Source of the DNA: Amoebophrya sp. A120
Taxonomy: Eukaryota; Protista; Dinoflagellata
Reading direction: 5' to 3'
Assembly: GCA_905178155.1 (NCBI GenBank)
Contig: CAJINV010000019.1
Location: forward strand, 1,100,913 to 1,164,912
DNA length: 64,000 nucleotides
The stretch's first letter is position 1; the number at the start of each line of letters is the position of its first letter. The notes under the pieces are model-generated. The model had not been told where the DNA came from and did no database searches. It saw only the letters and a list, made by a program, of their open reading frames with translations. The translations under genes were made by a program, and so were the position numbers. Below, one piece after another: positions 49,539-62,366 of this stretch.

Positions 49539-52500
49539 TCAAATCTCCAGGAAATAGTCCTTCGGTGCCCACACCCTTAACGACCGGTCGTCGCTAATCG
49601 AGAAGAGGTAATTATCGTCCATTCTATCGGACAGTATCCTGGTCGACGTCCTATCTTCGTGTTCCTCCCCACCACTAACCTCCGGCCTGGTCACCCATAG
49701 ACAACTAGAAACCGAGGATGCGTGTCCCTTCAGTGTGCAGAGCAGCGTCCCCAGTTCCTTGTGCCACACACAAATCACACTCGTTTCGGACCCGATGATG
49801 ACAAACTCTTCCCGTTTCCCCCCGAAGGTCGGACGGAGAATATATCAAAGTGAAAAAAGCCCCCACCCCATATCGAAAACGAAATTTGTGATGCTGTGTT
49901 TCAGTACACAAATCACATTTGTATTGCAGTAGAGCACTGCACGCAGCTCGCAAGCCTAGGTAGGGACCTTTTGGTGTAGGCGCTTAGCATGGTAGACGGC
50001 TGCCCTGTAGGCCCTACAGCATCACAAATCGCCTGCATAACGTGCCGGGCAGCCTGGACTTGCCTTCTTGCACGACAAGCGCGATTTGTGGCCACAAATC
50101 TGCATCACAAATTTTCAGATGGATGCGCTTTCAATATGGGGAGGGGGGATTTTTCCTCACGATAGAATAAACCGAGACTGGGTGTGCCCGTAGTACTCCT
50201 GCTTCTTCTCAATCTTCAGAGAGAATTTTTTCTGCTGTTTGATGTTCTTCGTGTGTTCCCCGGCTTGCCTGTTTCTACTCCAATTATTCCCTCTTGTAGT
50301 ACCGGAAGATGATGTTGAAAGCGCGTTAGTCACTGTGCCCGCAAAATCGTTGTACGGCTCATGATGATGATCCTGTTCGTCATTACTACCGAAGGGCTGA
50401 AATCCACTTGACCCGCCTGAGAAGTCGCCTACAACTTGCATGTCCTGCAATACCACGTCCAGCTGCCAAAGTCTGACCAGCCCCGAAGGCCCCCTCTCAC
50501 TATTCCCCAGCGCGGCGCGACTGGCGAGCAGTGCGTTCGTCAGGTTTGACGCGCGGATGCTGGTCACGGGTTCCTTCTCGGGAATGGTGGCCAACTCCAA
50601 AGGCGTCGCATCGGAAAGTTTCGGCGGCAACACGGCAAAGGAGGTCGGGTTACCGGACCGCGTGCGGGAACCCGAGGGGGCCAAAAACGGCGGCGAAAGC
50701 GAACCCATTTGCTGGGACATAATGTATCCTGAGTAAAAACGTACCCACACCAGAGTCAGGGTGGGGATTTTGCAACACAAACCTAGGAGTTTTAGGAGTC
50801 ACGCATGACAAGTTTCAGTCCGTAAGGTAGTGCAAGTTAGCAAGGAAAGCCGCATCACAAATCGACCTTCTGATCCTGTTTACAGCATTACAAGTTCCCA
50901 AACACGATTGAAAATGCCTGTCATGGGGTTGCGCATCACAAATGTTCCTGTCATGGCAAATCTGCATGACAACTCTGGGGTGGGGACGTTTTTACACAGG
51001 ATATAATGTCCTGTTTGTTCTTCGCCTTTTTCGTACCGTAGACCTTGATTCCCTTTTCCACGGACAAAACGAACAGCAGCGTCTTATTGTAGTTGAAGCA
51101 CAAATCCTGAATCGGCGACGTCTGAATCGTCCACAGGGGCTGGGTATTGATTGCAAATATGTCTGGGTCTGGAAACTTGTAATGCTAAACGTGGATAATA
51201 GACGCACTGCAATACGCAGCTATGCATGACAAATTTTTTGGCTGCCATGTCTTACGTATTCCGCATGGCAAACTGCGTTTTTGCATGACAGGTGAGAGGG
51301 CCTGTTCGTGCCTATGCAACACAGATTCTTGAGTCATGCCAAATAAGCATGACAAACTTCTTGCACTCTTCCAGACCCAGACATACTTGCAGTTTATACT
51401 GGGTTTTCAAAAGAAATTGCGGGGTGGTGCTAGCAGATCCCGCTGTTGTTTGATGGACCTTTTGTTCCACGAATTGGATCTTCGCCGCGCGAATTCGGTA
51501 CGGGCTGAACGAAGACGATTGCTCGAAGGTTGCATAAACAAATTCCGTCTCGCTCATCCAGTCGACGTGCAGATAGGCGGAATTTCGCTCCATCACGAGG
51601 GAGCCCACTTGGTGGATACAGTGGTTGATAGAAGTCCTTTTCTTTTCCGTTTCCCCCGCTGCCGATGTAGTTCCTTCGTAGTTCTCTCCGGATGTATTTT
51701 CCTGCCCAGCCAAACCCAAACCCGTAGTAGTATCTTGCTCATCGAACAGAGTCGGTGTTTTGTACACCACAGGTGTGGCCCCAGCAGATTCCGTCCTTTC
51801 CAAAGCAGCTGAGTCCTTGTTCGTTGCGCTATTCGCGGATGAATTTGATGCTGGATTTGTTCCTGTAGCTGTGGATGTCTTTGCTGAGTCCTGACCACCA
51901 CGAAAATCGACAAAATTTTCCGCGAATTCCTCTTCCGGGAAGGTCCACAGCCACAGCTTCTTCATGCTACACCCCAAAAGCATCTTGCCGTCGGTGGAGA
52001 AAGCCAGACAGGTGACTGCTTTTTCCGCCTCCACGTCGTCGTCCTCCACGTCTGGCTCCGGCCTGGGCGTCGGAGAACTTGGGTTCTTGTCCTTCCTCTG
52101 CGGGGCCGCATCGATCCAGTGGGAAAGCTCCACCATGTTCTCTCCGTCGTCATGATGAGGAGGGGCGAAATTACTATTTGCCTGCGCTACGGGAGGATGT
52201 TGTGGTCCGGCGCCCCCCGGAACAAGGTTAGTATTCACAACGTTAGTACTGGACGACGAAAACAGCGAACGCGCGTTCGTATTGGTGTTCGCAGCTGCAC
52301 CTCCTGCCGTGTGTCCGACCGAATTTTCCAAAACCAGCCCGCCTTGTAGCTGCAAAAATGTCTGGGTCTGGAAACTTGTAATGCTTGGTTGGGAATAGTG
52401 AATGCTCTGTAATGCACAGCCTTGCATGAGAAAGGTTTGCGCTGCTCAGTGTTGCGCTTTCCGCATGACAAACTGCGTTTTTGCATGACAGGCAAGAGGC

Positions 52501-55500
52501 CCTTTTCCTGCTCATGCATCACAGATTTAAGAGTCATGCCAGACAAGCATGACAAACGTGCATTCTTCCTGACCCAGACATATTTGCAACCCATACGCCG
52601 GCGCTGCTACCAAACTGCAAGTTGTTCGAAGGAGCATTATTGTAGTTACCACCCGCCGTGGTCGTGACCCCACCACCGCCCGTCATTCCACCGGCGCGAA
52701 AAACCGCCTTGCGTTCGAGAACTGGGACTTTGACGTTTCTCCTAGATGTACTACTTCTTCGCTGGTGGTTGTAAAGACGCACAGCGGCCGCCGCGTCAGG
52801 AGCGCGGGCAAATTGAAGTTCCGAAGTCGTATTCCAATCCTTTATCGCACGCTTCACAATTCTACTTTTCCGGTCTGCAGCACGGGAGTTGTAGAAACTT
52901 TTCAGACGCCGCGGACCACGTGTCTCAAATGCAAAAGTGTCTGGGTCTAGAAGATTGCAACTTGTCATGCTGTTTTTCGACTCTAAAAAAATTTGTATTG
53001 CATGACCAGCAAGAGGGGGGCAATTTGTGCTACACGGACCACAGGGCATTTCTCATGCGGAAGGTGCATCAGGAAGGGTTCTAAAAATCTGTAATGCTAG
53101 GGCATACATCACAGACAATCGTGGGTCATGAGAAATATGCATGACAAATCATGCATTCTTCCAGACCCAGATACTTTTGCATTTGATAACGTGCTCGACC
53201 ACCCAACATGGTGTACGCGTTCATCTTCGACGGCGAGACGGAATTGTGATAGTATGCAATAAAAAAACTGTGTAAGTGTAACTCTGTCTTGCAGATGTTG
53301 CAATACAGTTACACTTGTCAAGCCGGCTATGCATCAGAGGCTATTTTAGTACGTGTTTTAGCGTACCAACTACGCATGACAAGTTTTCTGTCATGCAAAA
53401 CAAATCTGTGATGCTGTTCCTGCAAAAACGTTACACTTACACAGTTTTTTTCTTGCATAAATAAATTGCGCTGTCCATTTCCCTTCCCAATTCTGCGTGC
53501 GACGTGTCGTAGTGGTTGTCATAATTAAACGTGTTGAATAAAGAGCTGTCTTCGTAGTTCTCTCCTTCACCAGAACCACCAGCAGCAGCACGCCCGTCCG
53601 GTATAATTTCAGCAGAACCTGTTGAACAATGTCCTGCTCGTGGCCCCAACGCGGCGGAATGATCAACGGTCGCATCAAACCCAATCGTGTAGATGCACAC
53701 CCGGCGGTCTCTCCCTGCTGTGGCGACGATCGTTTTCATCATCTTCTTTATGGAGAGAAAAAGGTTTGTCACAGTCACTAATTTGCAGGCTTTGCATTAC
53801 AAATTTTCTTAGCATCACAAATTTTCCTTGTATTGCAGAAAACACTACGGAAATCCGTAATAAAGTTTGGCTGTGATGCATTTTTACGCATGACAAGCAA
53901 TTTTGTATTGCAAAAATGCGCATGAGTGACCGTGACGAACTTTTTTTGTTTGATATTCTTTGGGCTTGTTGCACTTGCACCAGAAGACGCACCAGTGGTG
54001 AAAACATGCAACGCCGGATTGGACACAGCAAGGCTCCAAAGCTCGTCGCTGTGGCTCACGAGCACTTCCCTTTGCAATAACGGGACCGGGAGCGGTGCGC
54101 ATGTGTAGTTCTCCATCAGGCTTCTCGTTCCGCGGGGGCCGGTAATATGGTTCTTGTTTGACGTCATCATCGGCCGGGGGATTGACATCACGCTAGATGG
54201 TGCACCAGAAATAGTTGCACCAGAATTCAGCCCCAAGACGCTCGCCACGTCATTCTGAAAAGGGGAAACCAGCTCTTGGTACTTCAAAGCCTGGTGACAG
54301 ATTTCCACGAAGCGGTTGGGCGGTGTCATGATGTTTGAAGGTAAGAGTTTCAGAATGGTGTCATATAAGTTTTTCCGTGTGTAGTGCAAACTGAATTTCT
54401 GCGGATGATCTCCTTCTCCTTTACTAGTAGCGTTTCTAGTGCGCCCTCGCGCTTCTCCTTGTGCTTTTCCCCGTCCACCAGCTCGCCGCAAACTTCTAAA
54501 CTGCTTGCTTTGTTTGAAGTCATCCACTAACAGAAACGAGGAGAGCTCGTGCACCCGTTTCTGCATTTTTTCGGAGTTGACTATCCCATTTTCCGGTAAG
54601 AGCATGAACTGCAGGAGTTGGATGGCTGTGATGATATCGTCGAAAAAAAGAAGCTCCAAGTAGTACTGTTCGTAGATGAGAAAGATGATTTTCTCCTTGT
54701 TCTTCTCCCACGTGTAGAATTCAGATAAGCTCGTGGGTTGCCGGGGTGGACGAAGAGGATCGTGTACGAACGACGAGGACCCACTGCTGGCACCACCAGC
54801 CGCAAAGTTTTCATCAAAAACCGTGTCCAGCAGCTCAAGCGCACCCTCGTAGTCGATTTTCGATGTCCTCGCAGGTTCCTGTTGATCTTCTATATTCTTT
54901 CCATCCACGACCTCTTCCGCATCTAGTCGCAATTTCTGCTTCAGCTGCTTGCACCAGGGGCTTTCCAGGCTCAACCCCGTCTCCTTTTCCAATGTCTGTA
55001 GAGATTGTGCGAGATATCCTGAGTAAAAACGCACCCACACCAGAGTCAGGATGGGGATTTTGCAGCACAAACCTAGGAGCTTTGTGAGTCACGCATCACA
55101 AGTTGCGCTATGCAGTGTAGTGCAGGTTAGCAAGTGCAGCCGCGTCACAGATTCATCTGCTCATCCTGTTCATAGCATCACAAATTCCAAAACACGATTG
55201 GAAATGGCTCTCATGGGGATGCGCATTACAAGTCTTCCTGTCTTTGCAAATCTGCATTACAACTCTGGTGTGGGTACGTTTTTACTCAGGATACGAGATT
55301 TAGAGACTTCAATGTCTGCATGATCAACAGCAGCACCTCGCTTGTCTGCAGGTTATTTCTGCTACCGGGAATTATCGCTTTGTTACCGAGGAGATTTTTT
55401 GAAGAAGACTCTATGCCACGAGGACCGACAATGAGAGTGTCTGCGTTTTTGTCCAGCATTTCCACGTCTATTGCAGACGCATCAATTGCACCAGCCACGG

Positions 55501-55907
55501 GCGCGGCCCCACCACCGCTACCCCCTCCGCCCTTCTTACCCCCGTGTTGACCACCTCCGCCGCCCTTGACCCGCTGTTTTTTCTGTTATCAAATGTAAAA
55601 ATGTCTGGGTCTGGAAGAGTGCATGTTTGTCATGCTAGATCTGGATCATGCAACAATCTGTGTTGCATGAGTACCAAAAGCCGTGCATTTTTAACCAAGG
55701 TGACAAGGAGTTTCTCATGCAGGATAGGCATGAGAGAGATCGCAGAGAATCTGTCATACTAGGTCCTGCATTCCTCACCTCATGGGTCATGGAAAAGCTG
55801 CATGACAAATCGCGCATTCTTCCAGACCCAGACATTTTTGCATTTGATATCTGTTGCGGCCCACCCATTTTCGGATCCAATGTTGAGGACTCAGCGCGTT
55901 TGCTCAT
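49539..55907 (-). CDS. WDR26: WD40 protein with LisH/CTLH, WDR26/GID7-like
   Basis: LisH QTLKSLNLAQSLQTLEKETG, CTLH IFLIYEQYYLELL, PPNRF..QALKYQ, WD repeats HSDELW, ATAGRD, YYGHTQSRFILRPTFGG, LKGHASSV. Confidence 0.8.
49843..50164. mobile_element. Introner family E
   Basis: TSD gaata/gaata; restores QSRFILRPTFGG. Confidence 0.93.
50725..51003. mobile_element. Introner family D
   Basis: TSD taatg/taatg; near-identical to 27095-27373 in opposite orientation. Confidence 0.92.
51145..51398. mobile_element. Introner family A
   Basis: TSD ctggg/ctggg. Confidence 0.9.
52345..52595. mobile_element. Introner family A (TGT left terminus)
   Basis: Flanks cgcct/cgccg; excision gives SAGGLVLE. Confidence 0.88.
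52923..53188. mobile_element. Introner family A (TCT left terminus)
   Basis: TSD acgtg/acgtg; frame restored. Confidence 0.9.
53253..53459. mobile_element. Introner family F
   Basis: TIR tatgcaa(t/g)aaaaaaactgtgtaagtgtaac; flanks gatag/aataa; frame restored. Confidence 0.88.
53779..53925. mobile_element. Aged ~150-bp introner
   Basis: Flanks gtcac/gtgac; dense octamer motifs; excision joins two ORFs in frame (FVTVTVTNLF). Confidence 0.7.
55015..55293. mobile_element. Introner family D
   Basis: TSD cgaga/cgaga; restores LisH motif. Confidence 0.93.
55587..55849. mobile_element. Introner family A
   Basis: TSD tctgt/tctgt; excision gives GPQQKKQR. Confidence 0.92.
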
Positions 55908-57357
55908 GCTTGATGGGAGATGTTGAAAATTGGTGGACGATGTTGAAAAAGGGGCAGTCTGACTGATCGTGTTCTTTCTCTTGCCGTCGTACTAAAAGTC
56001 GCACGGCGAACGTCGTCCCCCGCGGAGTTGAGGTTAGTACTGCACGGAGATTTGTTCTTCGGTGCAGCAGGAGCTACGTTGAAGCGCATGGTTTAGCTAT
56101 TTGTTTTGAAGAGAGGTTGGTAGTAGTAGTTTCATATCAAAAATAGTATCGCGTTGTGAGTTCTTTATCCTTCCGACGTTTTATTTTGATACCTACCGTA
56201 AGGTCGCTCGTCAGAAAGGTATGTTGTTGCTTCTCGCGACGACCAGGGGAGGTCGGCGTCGCCTGGTTATCGCTTCCTTCAGCTAAATAAACCGGGACCG
56301 GCATCAGATTAAGATTTGCTTCTGAGTTACAACGACAGCGCAAAAACTGTAGTCTTTTCCTTTCTGCGTCCTGAAGTCAGTGCAACGAAAAAAAAACGAA
56401 ATGATAGATCTTTTCTTCAACACGAGCACTGGAAGAAAACCACTGCGGGGGCCTAAGAAGCTCTTCGGCCTGAAGATCCTTGTGGTCGTCCCCGGCTCGA
56501 AGGTAATGCAAATAAAATGTTCGAACAGTCTGGCTGCTGACACAACTAAATTTCTCCCGAGCAGCGCTCGTCAAGAAAGTGGCGGTGGGACATCCACTTC
56601 TTGTCGTGTGAAAAAATAGATAATTTCTATATCAGGGACAACATCGTCAACGACTTTAGCACACAAAAGGGTTCGATTTTGAAAATGGTCATTGTCTTGT
56701 ATAAAATGTTAGTAGCTCCTTTTTCGTCCTACTATTCCTGTCTCTACTATGCTGTGCACAAGCCGGCGAGAAGAGTGTCGTCGTCGTGTTTTTTACCGCA
56801 AATTTCTTTCCTTTTATTGCGCTCCTTGCTTCCTTACGGTAGACCATTTCTTCTGGTCGCATTTATTATCATTGACAAATCATACAAGGAATGCTCATTC
56901 TCAAATCAATATTCTACATAAGCACTGAACAAAGCGCTCTTGATAAAGTATAACAGTACTAGCTCTCTTGGTTGCAACATGCCGACAGTGAATTGGATAA
57001 AAAATCACTAGTCGCCGCAATTTTCATTTTTGGGGTAGGAAATTCGAAAATCAAATTGCATCTAATTTTCGACTCAATCATGGTCTAACTTCAGCTTCTC
57101 TCCAAACTGTCGGTATAGGTTGTGAGTTCGTGCAGCAGGAGCAACGAGAGGTCAACAAAATAATGTACGGGTAACTGAATGAGATATCAAGTGAATGTCA
57201 TTTTCAAGAGTGGCCTTGCTTCAGTACAGTTCCCAGCGGAAATATAGCCGTCCGTAGTTGTCCTTTCCGCCGAATCTACCCTACGGTGGGCTCTTTTCAT
57301 CTTTTATTCCCTTTCCAATAGTTAAGCAGCTCTGCGAAGAGGACGCTGTGATCTTTA

Positions 57358-59152
57358 TCACGTAAGCGTAGATGAGGACCGCCGTATCATGGAAGTGTCC
57401 ATGCCACCTGTGGTAGTTTTTTATGCAACAATTTGACCAGCATGCTGAGTGCTGCGAGATAGCCATCGGATTCCGGCACTTCGCCTTTCATCTTTGTTTG
57501 CAAACTAAGAACACACGACTTAAACTTACCAAGAACTATCAATGGAAGATAAATTATACCAGCCCCAACCGGCCCGTCGTCTTTACTTCGTTCCCTATCT
57601 TTTTTTCTCTTTCCCCCACCGCTACTCGACGCGTCGCGCGGGGTCCACTCTTTCAGCGGCGATTTTCCAACGGAGAAAAGCCGTACATCCTGCTGCTCGA
57701 GTTGCTTGCTAGACGCCCCTATGCATTGCAAATATGTCTGGGTCTGGAAGAATGCAAGATTTGTCATGCTTGTTTCGCATGACTGTTAACGCTGTGATGC
57801 TTAGGCGCAAAAAGATCCTCTTGCCTGTCATGCAAAAATGGACCCTACCATGCGGAATACGCAACACACAGGAGCGCGAAAACTTGTCATGCTTGGTCAC
57901 CTATATCAGTGAGCTCATTACTCACATAGTTGCATCACAAGTTTCCGGACCCAGACATATTTGCATTTGATAGCCCCTCGCGAGTACATCATCTGCTCCT
58001 TAGACGGTCGCCAGTCGGGAGAGGAGGCTGGACCTAGTCAAGTATAAAAATGGCGTTGTTTTTTCCTCATGATGAAAAGAAAGTGACGAGTTCGAATCAC
58101 GACAAACAAAAATCCAATGGCGCGAAGCACCAGCATGAGAGGACAAAGAGCTTATTTATACCACTGAAGTCCTGGTAGCTATTTGATCTTCTCCGCACCC
58201 ATCGGGTTGCGTCTGCCTCGTAGCCAAACGGCCTTTCTATTGCATTATCAAGTGCAAATATGTCTGGGTCTGGAAGGTTCTGAGACTTGTCATGCACGGT
58301 TTGCATGAACCATGATGTCCGTGATGCATGCCCTAGCATCACAGGTTTTTTGCGGGATTCTTCATGCCCATTCCGCATGACAAATGCCCTCCCCGCGTAG
58401 CAAAAATTAGAATCCTTTTGCTGCTCATGCAACACAAATTGTTTAGACATCCACATGCAGCATCACAAGTTGCATTCTTCAAGACCCAAACATATTTGCA
58501 ATCCATATGCATCCACTTGATGCAACGGTCTTCCCACCACATCCTCTTTCGTCCCTGGTTGAGCGATATGCATTGCAAATATCCCTGGATGTCTGGAAGG
58601 TTCCACACTTGTCATGCCGTCTTTGGATTCTAAAAAAATCTGTATTGCTATGACCAGCAAGAGGAGCCCAGCTTGTGCTCCGCGGAGAGGGTATTTGTCA
58701 TGCGGAATAGGCACTTCAGGAAGCCTTCCAAAATAAATCTGTGATGCTAAGTCATGCACTACAGGCACCACGCGTCATGTAAGATATGCATTCTGCAAAC
58801 CTGGCAATGCAATCTTCCAGACCCAGACGTATTTGCATTTGATAAGCGACGATGGCGTTAGCCGCGGCTGTGTTCGCGCTAGATCCGCATCCCATATGCA
58901 TTGCAAATATGTCTTGGTCTGGAAACTTGTGATGCTGAGAGGCGTAGCGTCTGGAGGCCACAAGTGCTGGCCTAGCATGACAAATTTCTGAGCTTCTAGG
59001 TGTTGCCTATCCTGCATGACAAACAGCGTTTCGGCATGACAGAAAAATGTGGCTCTTGGGTAACGTGCATGACAGATTCAAGAGTCATGCCACGCAAGCA
59101 TGACAAACATGCATTCTTCCAGACCCAGACATTTTTGCATTTGATATCCCAT
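57358..59152 (-). CDS. Small hypothetical protein with MGCGSS dual-acylation-type N-terminus
   Basis: After excising four elements and two GT-AG introns the frame reads MGCGSSANTAAANAIVAQPGTKEDVVGRPLHQVDAIERPF..SRGASSKQLEQ..STLT*. Confidence 0.6.
57720..57972. mobile_element. Introner family A
   Basis: TSD gcccc/gcccc. Confidence 0.91.
58246..58507. mobile_element. Introner family A
   Basis: TSD tgcat/tgcat. Confidence 0.91.
58567..58844. mobile_element. Introner family A (variant left TIR)
   Basis: TSD agcga/agcga. Confidence 0.9.
58895..59146. mobile_element. Introner family A at the start codon
   Basis: TSD tccca/tccca overlapping ATG GGA on the minus strand. Confidence 0.91.
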
Positions 59153-61775
59153 TCGAGTTGCGGATTTTTGGGAATGATCTTCCGAAATGCTCAGTTCTAG
59201 TACTGATGAAAAGCTAGAAGAGAGAGAGAGAGATAACCTACATAGTTGAACTAGGCAGGACAGTATACGACGAACATCACACAGAAGAACGCTGGCCTTG
59301 CTCCCGTCCAACTGCTAGCGTGATGCCTCTCCGCCCACCTCGCAGCGCCTTCAGAAATGGCCCGGCTGACTACTCTCGGGTCGGATGCTGCTCGCGGATG
59401 CTGCTTGATGTGATCCTGTTGCCCTAGCCGAGGTTCTGCTTTCAGGTCGTACAGGCCTGGTAGAGGGCGACGAACTAGACCGAAGACTAGAACGCCCCCC
59501 CGCTACCGCGAGGTTTTTAGTAGTCAGATTGCGTCAAGGCCGGCCGGAAGACACTGGGATAGTTTACCTGTGGCCTTGTAGCCCGAGTCTGATTCAAACC
59601 GTTCTACGCGCTGATGTCATCCTCCATGTCCGTGAAGAGTAAGGCGGCATGTTAAGGGGGAATTGAGATGACGGGGAACTTAAAAAAAAAATAAAAGGCA
59701 ATCGAAAGCAAACTAGTTCCCCGGCTCGACATGCGGCGACGCTGCTCTTCCACGCAGCGCCCCGGCGAGCAGTTGACGGGGCACTCACTCACTGGACAGG
59801 CCGTCTCCCGCTCAGCGGCGTGGCGCGGCTGTTCTACCAGGAAAGCACTACAGATAGCTTTGCCGCTACTATTTCTATATTTTTCTTTCTATTATAGCTA
59901 TTATTATTTAAGCTACTGCAGCGACGGACCTCGGCGGCGCATCCATCCGGTGAGCGAGTCAGGGCAGTTTGTGCTGGACGCATATTGTTTGTGTTTTTTG
60001 ACCGCCGTGTGTGTGTGTTTCTTCGTCAACGTCCTTATGTGTGCACCCATGTGAGACTAGCGCTACCGGGGGGCTCTTCCTGTCCCCCCGGGTCCTAATG
60101 TGTTTTGATTTGGAAAGGGGTAGTATCCGTTCTCAAACAAACGCAGGATCACACGCAGGATCACACGTACTGAGACGTACTTAAGATTGTCAATAAAATA
60201 AAAATTACGAGGACTTCTAAAGTTCTTCTGGTTCTTGCTTAGTCTTGGCTAACACACAACAAATTCAAGGATGCAACATATTTTCACTTTGTTCGTTTGT
60301 TTCCTGCTCTATGTGTTGATCGCGCGAAAGGTCCATACATTGCAACTCGATTTCGCCTAGAAATGCGAGAATCAAATAAAAGTGGTTGCGATTGGTCTGA
60401 TGAAAAGCTAGAACGTAGTTGTACAACAAAATTGTGATATACTGTTGAAAAAGTCGTAGAGGGAGTTAGACAGTGGCGCTTTCACTTCTTTGTTAGTATC
60501 GTAATACACTTAGGCGCTTACACGGCAACCTTTTTTTGAGAAAGTTGCTTTATCGCTTTCTTAGTGTAGTAGTCTACGCGTTGTACTGTAATATCTTTCC
60601 GATAAGGGAAAAGTTTCTAATAGATACTTCGAACCAATCGCGATAGTATAGAGTAGAGTTTCTTAGAATAAAATCAGTAAAAGTTCGCTCCTTTATTTTT
60701 GGTACACAAAGCCAAAATCCCGCTGAGCTGAAATTAATTCAACTAAAGCGAGACTTCGGGGAATGACAAAGCAGCTAGGGGGCCACCAAAGTGGAAGTGA
60801 CAGATTGCTAAAGACTTTCCTTGGAATTAGAAGTGATACTCGACAGTGGTGCTAAAAATCAAAACTATGCTATTTTACACGGTTCAAAAAAAGGCAACTG
60901 CGCTCGTTGTGCACAAAATAGGTTGTGCAGGAGTAGTTTTGTTCCACCAGCTCAAAGCAAAATCATGGAACAAACAGGTATCATGCAATCTATGCAAATG
61001 TAAAAATCTCATGCGAAACGAGTCGACAAGAGAACCTATCGAAACGATAGTATCTACTATGCATCATGGTGTACTAGTTCGTATAGCCGAAATTTGTTCC
61101 AAAATATGACATGCAAATGAACTTTACAAAACAGTGCTTGGGTGCCTGATTTTTGTGTTACGAAAATATCGAAACATAGTACTAGCACGGCACACACCTT
61201 GATATAAGCGACAAGCTCTCGTCTGGTGCTAATTATTCTCTCCACTTCTTATCCAATCGGTTGCTACTCCTCTTTCCGCTCATAGATATTCCCTCTCTCT
61301 CGCTGCGACCGAGGATTCTCAAGAAATTCGCTTTTCATCGAGTGGGAAATCACTTCGGCAGAGAAACAATACCGAGCTCGCTCATCGGGAAGTACAAACT
61401 AACTCAGCTACCGCGAACACCAGCATCGAACAGGAACACTGTCGTCGCGCTAAACTCATCACACGCGGAGAGGCAGAATAAGAACAACCGCGCCCTGCGT
61501 TATTTTCTCTGTCGATGACAAGGAATAAAGCAAACTTCGAATTATACAGGTTTTGTCAAGGTTTTGATAGGAATTTCATCTGCCATTGCTCAAACAAGTA
61601 CAAATTTTGCTCTTGCACGGTGGCGACTACAAGAAAAGTGGACGTGGCGCTACAGGAGCTCCAGCGGGATTCAATTTTGGTTCATTCATAACTTCCTACG
61701 CACGATTTGAATTTGAAGAGTGCGCGCCCCGCCCTTCACAGCTCGCACTTCTGATGGTGAGACACCGCAAAGAAC

Positions 61776-61884
61776 GGCCAATGCTGCACTTCTGATGTAC
61801 TACGATTCATCCAGTACTACGATTCATCTACGGCCAATGCTGCACGGCCGATGCTTGCTGTACTACGATTCATCCGGTACTACT
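61776..61884. repeat. Short interleaved tandem repeats
   Basis: gtactacgattcatc x3 (plus a partial copy) and cggccaatgctgcac x2 (plus a variant). Confidence 0.7.
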
Positions 61885-62366
61885 TGATGGCTGCAATGAA
61901 GCTAGTACGTCGAAAGTTGACAGTAATCGCAACACCATCAAAACATTCTGCAAATTATTTCTGGTGTAAACTTCTAAATTTTTCAGTCGAAGATAATTTC
62001 AATTTGTGAGATGATTGCTGAGGGCTGCGCGCGGCAGCCCTTGTCCTGGTCCTGGTAGCAAATATTACAAGATCATTGATAAAAGTCTGTTGTTGTTTGA
62101 AAGTTCATTTAGCGTACTAGTGTCTTTCTGACGGTAAGTATACATATAGACGTGTAGATTTAATTTCAAGCTGTCAAAGAGTATTCCTTCATTTTCTTTT
62201 TCTTGTTCATCCGTCAACGCCACGTGTACCTACTATTCCGAGAGTGTGTTTCTTCGTGTAGTTTTCGCATTGTTTTACTGTGTGCTTAGATAAATTTCGC
62301 ACCAATAGTACCGGTTTTCCAGGCAGAAAACTCAGGCTTCATCCTAGTATCCTTCAAACCTCTGCC

